DNA of 64,000 nucleotides from Perkinsus chesapeaki ATCC PRA-425 (Eukaryota; Protista; Perkinsozoa): NCBI GenBank assembly GCA_013115145.1, contig JAAPAO010000122.1, positions 5,507 to 69,506 of the forward strand, read 5' to 3'. Shown piece by piece: positions 12,801 to 22,389 of this stretch (position 1 is its first letter; each line of letters starts with the position of its first letter). The notes under the pieces were generated by a model. It saw only the letters and a program-made list of their open reading frames with translations, ran no database searches and was not told where the DNA came from. The position numbers and the translations under genes were made by a program.

Positions 12801-15800
12801 GGGGACAGCTGCCGTAGCGGTGTAATGATTTCATCTCCTCTCTTCAGAGTAGTGTCATCCATGAGATCATTCCAAGTTATCAATCCGACCAATACCTATA
12901 AGGGGACATTCAAAGTCTCAAACGTTATCTTCAAGTCTACCTTCCCAGAGGCCCTCATGGACGGCGACCTCGTACAGTTCTCTGCTCCTGGAGGCTTTGA
13001 CCTTCGCGGTCTCACCGCTGGCTCTTGCAATGAGTAAGCATATTCCAAATCATCCCATACCACAGCTTGACAGGTACGTAGCTTCGCCATTGATTACCAC
13101 TAGTCCTTCTTGCCAATGTTCAACAACAGGATGCTCCATGACCTTCTTGCTCAAGTATTATAGTAGCGCTGCCGTCCAACCGAACCTATCTCTTAGGGAG
13201 GGAAACACGCCGGCCTTGTCCGAAGGGGCGCTGCTAGAGTTCACTGTGACGACGGTTAATCCGATCATATCACCACCTTTAATGAAGTCCTTCTGGAAGG
13301 TCTCCCACAAAAGGTGGTCTCCTAGTATGCTGCCTAGTTTCAATACCTGCTGCTCCCTCAGAGGATCCTCAGTGCGTACCTCCGATAGCGTGGAGGGCTG
13401 GGAAGTTATTTCGCAACTGACTGGCGTCGGAGTTGACCTCATAGGAGCTCATCAGAGCGCCGGAAGCTTCTCTGACATCGAAGTCACCTTTGTGAGTGTC
13501 AGCGCAGCGACAATCCTTCGGGTGAGATAACTCCCTTGCTGTGTTTGCTGCCTCTGCTGTTTCCTCCATCCAGATCGAAGCCGTGGCGCCGTCAGGATTC
13601 AACTTCATAAACGCTCAAGTTGAAGATCCCTCGGAGATTTTACCGGTGAGAGCTCCTTAGTTTGCCTGTGAAAGTTTTGTTCAGTACGACTTGACTGATG
13701 AGGAGGTTGCGACTGGTGCAGTCCGTAATTTCATCTTTCTCTCCAATTTGGATATCGTACCCGGCGCTGCGGTAACTGTACAAGTTTCGAATGTAAAGGG
13801 TAAGTAAATCTCTCATGGCACACAGCTGATTAGGTCCGGCTCGGCGATCTGGGAGGCCAGACGGTATTTACGCTTGAAACCTACAAAGACTCCAGTACTA
13901 TGGATGATCTACTGGATGAGAGCAGGGGCTTTAACGAAGGCTTCAAACTGCCCGGAAGAGTACGCCTCTCATCAGCTCGCAAACGACGCTCGAGCTCAGG
14001 TTATCGTGCCAACAGCTGAGGACGACCCTACTGGAGCTCCTCGACTTAGCAGTAGCAGCGCTGTTTTATGCCAGGCTACTGTGTATACCTGTTGTTGCAG
14101 GCACCTTTGCCGAGAAGGCCTGGCTCTACCCTGTTAAGTCTCTTCTCGGTGCCCGAGTGGATGAGGAGGCTCGGGCAATATTTCCAGTGACGTTCACGCA
14201 GAATGTGAGACTCTTTGATGTTGCTAATATCTCCTATAAGGGAATCCACATTAACTTGAAGGTATATGCTAAAGAGAAGCTTATAATTGGAGTTGAGATG
14301 CTAATGACCACCGAACAAGCAACTACAGCCGGAGGGCAAACCTCGACAGGTGGCGTGTTGCCTCGAGTTCCACTCAAGCAGGTGTTCATGGCTTACAGTA
14401 GGTGCTACTAGTAGCACGGCAACAGACCCTACGCTGCCTGCTTCCTATGAGCTGAAGAGCAGGAGCTTTTCAATTAAAGGTTCAACTACCACGGTGGGTG
14501 GTGACGCTGTTGGGATGAGTGTGGAGGCAAAAGGTCGGTAGGTCCAAACTGCAACATCCATCGACAAGTCTACTGGCAATATCGAGGCCCTCCTTCTCGG
14601 TCACGACGGGCAGGTGGTTTTGAGCGCTGATGAGACGTAAGCCTCTGAGGGTAGAGTGCCGAGGTTATGATGAACCTGCTCCACAGGTACGAGATCTCGA
14701 TGACGGTTGTCCCTAAATCCGGTGAGCAAAAGTGGAGGATATACACGCAAAAGACTGGCGAGTCGCTACCTAGCAACACCAACGATGGGGACACTCAAGG
14801 GTTCAGTCCGGTAAAAATTCGCTAACTTGAAGGTGCCAATCAATAACTTCGCAGGTCTTGGTTCTGGGGATGACAGTGACTCCTCTGCGGAAACCACCGA
14901 GGGCTGAGATAGAAGTTGATATTAAATTCGATGTGAAGCAGCGAGAGATATCGGTAAGCTTGGTTGTGTTCCCAGGATGAATGGCATATCTGTTCGTTCA
15001 GGCGCTCACCATCATTGCACCAGAAGGATTTAGTTTCCCACCGGAAGGCTGTGGACCTATCTGCTTCCCCGAAGGGGAGTGGGCGAATACCAAGAGGAAG
15101 GTCGCTGTTATCCGCAATACTGTTGGTAAGGCAAAACGTCTCTCGCAGCCGTTACAAGCCACGTATGGTTGGTAGGCGTAACTATACCGTCGGAGATTAC
15201 AAACAGTCCGATAAGGATAACCGCCATAACTCCAGATAGAAGCCCTGCCTCCTTGGATTGGGTTTTCCAGGCAGATGACCGAGGCGTAAGTTCATGAGGT
15301 ACGACGTTGCGAAACTGGTTCACAGGGAACTCCTATCGGTTGGGCTGAAGGCACCGGCTTCCAGATTGATCAGATGAGTAACGTGAAGATATCGTAGGCT
15401 CTCTCCTTGCTTGTGGTCTACCCGCCATCCAACCGATCTCAGATACGCCGGAGTATCCAGCGCTGTCACTACACAGAACACTATGGTTTGGTTTGCAGTG
15501 AGCTTCGATGTTTCAGCTGGGGGAGCATCTCAAATAGTTGTCGTGCAGCCTAAAGAGTTAACCTTCAACTGTTGTCATCCGTGGACTTCTGGTTCTAGTT
15601 ATAAGTTCCGATGCTCGGACGCGGCATTTGTGAAGTCGCTCTCTCTTCCCGGTGGCCATCCCGAGTGCACCGAAGAGTATCCTCTCACCCTTACTCTTTA
15701 CAACAGGTAAGCCTCTGCAGTAGTTGGTAGTCGTAAGATTGATCTTCCAGCACTCTGGACATCGGGAGCTACGCCTTCACGGTGAGGGTTCAGAACCCGG

Positions 15801-16710
15801 CCACGACGCCTGTCAATAACACTTTCGATGTGCTCGTGAAAAGCAGCGATGGGAAAGTAAAGAATTCATCAGTCTCGAGTTGCATGACGCTGTTCTCCAT
15901 CTAGGTTGTGGACGCCGCCTTTGGAGTTCCTGGTTTGAGCGTAGTTAGAGCACATGTTGTTAACCCTTTCGTTTATTGGTCCTCTAGCATCCCCAGCAGC
16001 ACGTCGCGGGTAGGAGCCGTTGGATAGTTAATCCCACTTGTTGTCAACGTTTCGCGTAGGTGCAAATCGGATTCGAAGTTAAGTCTACCGTGGACATGTT
16101 TAAAGCTATATTAATAACGCTACCACCTAGCTTTGTCCACCTCGTGGGTAACCCGACTGAAGTTATTAATAACAATAAAGACTTCCCTGTCGCTTCGGGT
16201 GAGTTCTCGTTCATCGTCGGTTACTCGAGGCGACATATATTTATGATGTAGGGACCGGTTGGGCTGATGTCAGCAACTCCAACGCTGTGAAAATCCTCAT
16301 GGACGACACGACGGCGTTAACTGTGGTTTCTCCCGGGTATACAGCAACTTATTTCAATTCAGTTGAACTTGCGGTGCCCGGAAATTCAGGAAATATTCGT
16401 GGACGTTCCCCATCCGACTGCCAAGGGTACTCCCGGCAAAGAACATATGGTTCATATCCTTCTGCGAAAGTCGTCAATGTAGCAGCCACGACGGAGACGA
16501 TGTGGGCAGCTTGTTGGGGTCACGCTTGTTTATCGTATCTTTACGCAGGTTGTTGTTGACCATCCTATTCCTGGCTTCGAGTTTTACGAGAAATCCCCTG
16601 CCGGTGGCTTGACCGTTGAGACGGGTGCTGCCGCACCTGGGGTGGCTCCTCCACTAATTCCATTTACTCTGTTCGTGTTATGTTATTTCTTCTCCATATC
16701 GTTGTCTTGA
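883..16710 (+). CDS. Giant multi-exon uncharacterised surface protein: signal peptide, N-glycan-rich N-terminus, Cys modules, repeated beta-rich modules, C-terminal GPI-type signal
   Basis: ATG 883 opens a hydrophobic leader (MNLKNILWALLIQFC). Spliceable + strand exons were read at intervals along the span, including recurring (L/V/A)C(Y/M)C motifs at ~2310, 3230, 4085 and 5180. The last exon reads ...TGAAAPGVAPPLIPFTLFVLCYFFSISLS* (stop 16708-16710). Joining 883-1350 to the downstream exons is inferred, not demonstrated. Confidence 0.7.
1063..1200 (+). repeat. 18-bp coding tandem repeat encoding (ANSTVP)n
   Basis: Unit GCCAACTCAACGGTTCCG and variant GCTAACTCAACAGTTCCG arranged A-A-B-A-A-B. 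1081-1134 is identical to 1135-1188. Confidence 0.97.
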
Positions 16711-17969
16711 TATTATATACCTCATTTACACATTCACACTCACATGACTGCGTGTATGATTGACAGTCGACTTGACCGCATTGCGCGTTTTGTGTTCAGA
16801 GTTCAATCCCAAACGAAAGGGAATCGCGAACCTGGAATCTGGAAAAATATTCAAAAAGCTGACGGCAAATAGAAGTTGGTGGTCCTTCGCGATCTCCGCG
16901 ATTGCGGCACAGTCGTCAGGAAACTTCAACAGAGTATATTCTAAACACTGAAAGCAAGGCAAGTGCCAACAGAAAGCCAGGCCTTCAAAGTCTGGACTAT
17001 AGTGCGTTCGCGTTTGTTGGGCAAGTTGATTAAAAATTCTAATTTAAAATTGAATATTTCGCGTTAGAGTGATGAAAATCGGCTGAAACCTTCCATCCCT
17101 TGAAGGATATAGCTATAAGACAAGGGGAATCGATTGGTATAAAAACCCGTGGTACGGGAGTGTGGGAAGGGGAGAGCACCGAGTCTCAATTAAGTTATAA
17201 TTCGATGATTGTTTGAGAGATTGGTGCTATCCATGTCTACGATGGTATTATGAGTAATGGCAATACTCTTGTCGATTTATGCAAATCAGTTTATTAACCA
17301 TCGAGAGACATCTCCCTACCTAGGATTTTAAAAAAAAGAATAATTAACAAACAACCTTGTTTGGCCTCAACATAACAGTATTTAGCCCAAAGCGGTTCAT
17401 GAACGTCGATTGCGTATTGTGTTTGGGTGTACGTGCATCACAATGATCTGCACGCATGCACTCACCTCCCCGCGGGTTTTTACTATCGCTACGTTGCACT
17501 GCGCTATCAATAATTTTCATGACAAAACTCTCAGCCGTTTCATCGTGAGGGCGAGCGAGAAGAAAAATGACCGTACTCAGCGTTCGTTTTTGTTGGGCAA
17601 CTCAACTATGCAACGTCTGCGTAACGTAACTTTTGGTATTCCAATGTCACAGGCGGTGTGACGCCTCCTGTGGGGATACTTGCAGGAATGTTGTTTATGT
17701 GCCGCTGGTGAGGGGTTAGCTAGACCAGCGTTTCACCTATTTGTGAGGTCACAAGCTATTGTAAATCGAAGCGCGTTGCCTGTCCGTTAGTCACTACTTT
17801 TAGCGTATTTAGTGTGAAGCTTCCGGGGCCGTGTTCTTAGAGTCGGCTATCGGCTACCGATACTAGCGATCGACGAACACGAACTCCGGCCACATTAGCG
17901 AGGTTCGTGTTTCCCCGAGCATATAGGGTTTCCACAAAAGATACCACAGTTATTCTGTCCCTTGAATGA

Positions 17970-18230
17970 ATGGGCCTCTTCGCCCTCCTTACAATCGTGG
18001 TCATTGGCATTACTCTCGGCTATGTCCCTGATAACCGTACACTAGCTATGGTGGAGCTCGATTCCCATAATAGAGCTTCTCACGTGTATCATGCTGGAGA
18101 GAGCTACGATGGTGAATACTCTGTAACTTTTAAGAATCCTTTCCTGGACCTCAAGGTCGTCGTCAACTCTGTTACAAAAACTCTCCGTATTATGTTCCGC
18201 TGTGATGCCGCTGTAGGCCATATAACCACT
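17970..18230 (+). pseudogene. 5' part of a small secreted-protein gene interrupted by the LTR element
   Basis: ATG plus hydrophobic signal peptide (MGLFALLTIVVIGITLG). The ORF runs straight into the target-site duplication at 18226-18230 and then reads into LTR sequence. Confidence 0.7.
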
Positions 18231-18507
18231 TTGCCGATCACAAAGGATCGGGTGGACTCAGAGGTCTGTTACCTCAAAGCTAATCGTCTTTTAAGGGCAT
18301 GTTTCGTCCTCACCACAAGGACTCATCAGTGGCTAACAGCGCCAGACACACCTTAAGTGCACCCCATACAGGTGGTTATCCAATTTACCCACAGGTATGG
18401 TACCTAACCCTAGAAATTTACTATCATTAAGAAAGCAATTCCAGTATAGGTCTGTTACCAGGACAACAACGATGCGTAGTAAGGTATGAAAGCAGCTGAC
18501 CGCCACA
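18231..18507 (-). repeat. 3' LTR (277 bp)
   Basis: Direct repeat of 21759-22035, preceded on the minus strand by the PPT. Confidence 0.95.
18290..18357 (-). ncRNA. Type III hammerhead ribozyme (3' LTR copy)
   Basis: Same core, stem I and stem II as the 5' LTR copy; only the outermost stem III pair differs (18290). Predicted GUC cleavage between 18345 and 18344. Confidence 0.9.
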
Positions 18508-18521
18508 TTCCCCCATTACTA
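18508..18521 (-). other. Polypurine tract (TAGTAATGGGGGAA) immediately upstream of the 3' LTR
   Basis: Purine-rich run directly abutting the TGTGG start of the 3' LTR on the minus strand. Confidence 0.85.
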
Positions 18522-18695
18522 GTCGTTGCGTCCCGAAACGACCCTACTGGTAAAAACGCAACAAACACTCCTAAATGCCGAGAATATAATCAATGACTAA
18601 ACAAGATCTAGACAACGATCCAACTTTTATTCACTTTAAGAACGCGTTTTAAACACTTCTCGGCCTTGATGTTTTCTCGAAAACTACTCCAGCAT

Positions 18696-18926
18696 TCAGC
18701 ATATCCCCAAAAATGTTCGTTTCTCACCGGTTAACGGACAGAGGTCTTCTCCTTCCACCACCAACTCCTTATTGTCTCGAACTCCTCGGAGTCGGTACGA
18801 ATAGGGCTCATCACCGTCAGCATACTAATCATCTTCAATACTGACGACTAGATACTCCCGTCGAGCCTGGTGGTCTTGGGAGAAGCTAGACCATACAAAC
18901 ACCTTGTCTCGAAGGACTATGGGCAT
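18696..18926 (-). pseudogene. Extra small ORF between integrase and PPT, with one internal TAG
   Basis: MPIVLRDKVFVWSSFSQDHQARREYLVVSIEDD*YADGDEPYSYRLRGVRDNKELVVEGEDLCPLTGEKRTFLGIC*. The sequence looks protein-like, with a beta-barrel (SH3-like) pattern by eye. Confidence 0.45.
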
Positions 18927-19013
18927 GTGATTAAATCAAGAATGCTAAAATCCGAGTCAACACTCCCCCATTACTAACACAACCCTACAAATCACCCAAC
19001 CAACGAGATCAAC

Positions 19014-20300
19014 TCAGTTGTCTTTCCTTAGTCTCTTGGTCGGCTGCAACTCGTTGTCTCGGTCTCCTCTCCCCTTCTTCAATGACGTCGCATGAGCAGC
19101 CATCTCCAACTTACCACCTTTTACTCGGTGTACAGGCTTCACCCTGTAACTGGTCGGAGACAACACCTTAGTCACTAGATATACTCCATGAAACTTGCGT
19201 TTTTGGAACTTAGAACCATGCACAGTAGTCGAGGAATCTCGCTTAAAGGCAACCTTGTCACCAACCTGAACTTTCGCCACTACTATTCGTACTCGGTCTA
19301 GGACAACCTACCTGACACACTTCTTCAGGCTCCATGTCCTTATGTTCCAACGCTCGTTTCCCAGCTATGCTTGATGTGCTGCAAACCAAGCTGATGAACC
19401 TCCTTCAAGTGCTACCGCAGTCGTTCCACATATGCTTGGGCTGCTTCTTGGTAGCGTGCTTGAGGTTTAATGGGTTCTGTTTGGTACACCAAAGCATCCT
19501 GGGGCAATCGTAGTGCTCGACCAAATACCATCTCTGCTGGCGAGACCCCTAGTGACTCATTGGGCAACTGTCCGATTGTCATTATGGCCATTGGGACAAT
19601 CTCATCCCAACCATTCAGATCCTTGTTGAGGACTGGACGCAATCTGGACTTCATGATCCTCACCAATCTCCCTACTACACCTTCCGCTAGCGCGTGGGAG
19701 GTAGGACCTGCACGTCCTTGTATCCCCATCATCTCATACATTTTGGTTAACAACACTCCAGTGAAAGAGACATCATTGTCCGTTTGTATGACTTGTGGTA
19801 ATCCAGTTACCGGGAACACTTCTTCTACCAGAGCTTTTGCTACTTCATCGGCTGCTTTAGAACTTGTGGCACTTCAAACGGAAACCTTGAGCACACATCA
19901 ACCACTAGTAGTAGATACTCACTTCCACGCTCGGTCTCACACCTTCACGCCTTCCCCTTTATCCAGCTGACGTTGCGGACAACTTGCGACATACTCTACT
20001 GATGTCTTCTTTCGCATTAGCCCAGTAGAACCGTATAAGTAGCCTTGTCGCCAATTTATTGACCCCACTGGGGGTCCCCCAGATGTCCGGCTGATCTCAC
20101 ATCATGAAATTGCCGGAGGATCTCTTGCCTTCGGGATTGAGGTACTACAATTTTCCCATCATATCGTAATACTCCTACGTCATCTAAATGGAATTTTCGA
20201 AAACTGTGACCATCACCGAAGGATTCGACTTGTGCGCGAATTGCCACAATCCCAGGATCTCCATCTTGGGTGTCTTTCCATTCCTGACTAGATGCTTCGA
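19014..20300 (-). pseudogene. Degenerate retroviral-type integrase (zinc-finger part, core, SH3-like C-terminus)
   Basis: QEILRQFHDVRSAGHLG; GLPQVIQTDNDVSFTG...AEGVVGRLVRIMK...LGVSPAEMVFGRALRLP; QVGDKVAFK...FHGVYLVTKVLSPTSYRV. Broken by stops and frameshifts. Confidence 0.9.
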
Positions 20301-21610
20301 ACTGATGAACCATTATCGATCCCACCAGCACATAGACTATGGCCAATACTAGCATAGGCAATTAGGTTACCTTTCTGCAGCAGTACTGCACCAATCCCAT
20401 ATGCCAACGCATCCGTTTCTAGAGTGAATGTCTTATCCCAAGCTGGTAGACCTAAACACGGCCTTTCGACCGATAAGTCCAACACCTTCTCATAAGCTGC
20501 CTGACATTCTTGAGACCATACGAATAGAGCATCCTTTTTTGTAAGGAGGGTTAACGGCTTGACCAGATGAGCATATCCTTTGATGAACTTCCGAAAATAC
20601 CAAGTCATTCCTAGAAACGTCTAACGCCTTTTACCGACCTCGGAGGTTATTCTTTCAGAGTTTTCTCCACATTGAAATCAGCAGGCTGCACTTTACGATA
20701 ATCAATCACCGTTCTGTATTTACCCGGACTTTTGGGTTTGCCAATCATCTAAGCCGAAGATGTCCACGGACAGTCCGTGAGGGACTGTCAGATCGTCGCA
20801 CCAAACCGAGCTCCAACAGCTCTTCCACTTGTGTCTTCATCTCCGAGAGGCTATGGGTGAAGCCGCTTCACTGAAGCGTCTCCGGTGCCTATTTTCATAG
20901 CTTCCAGACTACAAAAACCGATTGACTTCTCACAAACTGTCGGGTGCTTGCGTTCTAGAGTCTCAAGTTTCACTCTGTACTCCGGTGAGAGGGAGTCGCA
21001 TCCTCTTACAGAGGGTATCCAAGTATCCCATGATGACGCACTCCTTGCTCCCGGGCTCCATCTCAAAACTCTTTCCACTGTCGCAGGTAAAAGACTTTCA
21101 GTGTTCTTTTACTTGCACAAAGCCGATACTTTGGGACTTTGCCCATGACTGAAACCTGTCAAGATCTTCTGGCATCGTTTTCAGGTCTTCGAAACTCTTT
21201 TCCATTTGAAAAGGTATTGGAGGAGACACGAGTACCGTAGGAGTTGCGGATTCTCCTTCGATCTGCTGCTTCGTGTATCCTAGTCCTAGAGGTCGTACTA
21301 CTAGCCGGGGGAGGGTTGCCATGTTAAGGAGGTGGAGGGAGCCAGGAAACTGACTTAGCCTCGGGGACTCCACTGCTTTTGGCACCCACAACCGCTGTCG
21401 GGGGAAGTTCATTCTCATCCAATTCACTTCTCTCTACACGGCTGGCTGGAGCTTTAGGAGCGGAAGTTTTGGGATCAGCGGGGGGGGGCGAACCATTCCT
21501 CTTCTGTTAGCATCAGGCTCACTCTCCTCCTCATTACTCGCCACGGAGTATGCCGGCTCAGTGTTAGACTCGAACTCTTGTTCGGATTCGGACACTAATA
21601 AAGAAACAAC
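20300..21610 (-). pseudogene. Truncated gag, protease C-terminus, RT with catalytic core deleted, RNase H remnant
   Basis: KTQVEELLELGLVRRSDSP and PGKYRTVIDYRK (RT N-terminus) join directly to late-RT sequence QPADFNVEK...GVR-RFLGMTWYFRKFIKGYAHLVKPLTLL, then FTLETDALAYGIGAVLLQ (RNase H). No YxDD motif is present. Confidence 0.85.
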
Positions 21611-21758
21611 AATCTGCGATGAAGACTTTTACCGGACTTCATCGCACTAGGAAGTCCTTTTGTTTCACCTACCACTTATGGAAACAAATCATTAAGTTTG
21701 TTAACTCAACCTAACCCCTTCCTCAACTCGGGTCCAATCATGACTATACTGGAATATT

Positions 21759-22035
21759 TTGATCATCACAAAGGATCGGGTGGACTCAGAGGTCTGTTAC
21801 CTCAAAGCTAATCGTCTCTTAAGGGCATGTTTCGTCCTCACCACAAGGACTCATCAGTGGCTAACAGCGCCAGACACACCTTAAGTCCACCCCATACAGG
21901 TGGTTATCCAATTTACCCACAGGTATGGTACCTAACCCTGGAAATTTACTATCATTAAGAAAGCAATTCCAGTATAGGTATGTTACCAGGATAACAACGA
22001 TGCACGATAAGGTACGATAGCAGCTAACCGCCACA
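21759..22035 (-). repeat. 5' LTR (277 bp)
   Basis: Direct repeat of 18231-18507, starting TGTGGCGG on the minus strand; the TSD follows on the + strand. Confidence 0.95.
21818..21885 (-). ncRNA. Type III hammerhead ribozyme (5' LTR copy)
   Basis: Minus strand: CUUAAGGUGU-GUC^-UGGC-gcuguua-GCCA-CUGAUGA-GUCCU-uguggug-AGGAC-GAAA-CAUGCCCUUAAG. All conserved core nucleotides are present, with a 4-bp stem I, a 5-bp stem II and an extended stem III. Cleavage is predicted between 21873 and 21872. Confidence 0.92.
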
Positions 22036-22150
22036 CCACTCATTTGATTCCATGGCAGTTGAGGAAGATGGACAGTTCGATTTAGAGTTGAACTTAAAGT
22101 TGGACGATTACAAACAGATGAGAAGCCAGTTTACTCGTCGTTGCCCATGA
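22036..22150 (+). pseudogene. Probable 3' remainder of the interrupted secreted-protein gene
   Basis: After the TSD one frame reads HSFDSMAVEEDGQFDLELNLKLDDYKQMRSQFTRRCP*. It is one base out of frame with the 5' part when the insertion is removed. Confidence 0.45.
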
Positions 22151-22389
22151 TCTATCAACAAGCATTTTCAATAAATGGATTGGATTACTCTGGGAAGGGA
22201 GCAGCCATGAGCTTAGCTTGTCATTACAAATGGCAGTAATGATGCCAATATACATATTAATGGTATAGCTCATTTATACTAACCGACTACAAGTAGCTTA
22301 GTAGTCGAGTTTAACTGTGTACTGGATTTGAGCTCTCGAGTTGAAAAGTATCACTAACTCAACCAAGGCGTTATTAAGAATTTATAATG

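Larger units (their letters stand above)
18231..22035 (-). mobile_element. Non-autonomous Ty3/gypsy-type LTR retrotransposon (3805 bp) with hammerhead ribozymes in both LTRs
   Basis: Two 277-bp direct repeats with 15 mismatches by manual alignment. The element strand starts TGTGG and ends CA(A). CCACT flanks both sides (18226-18230, 22036-22040). A polypurine tract abuts the 3' LTR. Internal remnants are in gag-PR-RT-RH-INT order. Confidence 0.95.

Noticed and set aside
13695-14650. Other CTGATGA occurrences (~13697, ~14627; also ~39173, ~42946, ~49492) as further hammerheads
   Set aside because: None is followed by a purine-started stem II plus GAAA with a matching NUH site.
18291-18358. 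Perfect identity of the hammerhead between the two LTRs as proof of selection
   Set aside because: Interior LTR divergence is only about 2%, so 68 identical bases is expected by chance; more copies are needed.
21730-21740. TGGACCCGAG as a tRNA primer-binding site
   Set aside because: It lies about 23 nt from the LTR end and I cannot match it to a tRNA 3' end; the self-complementary 12-mer sits at the canonical position.
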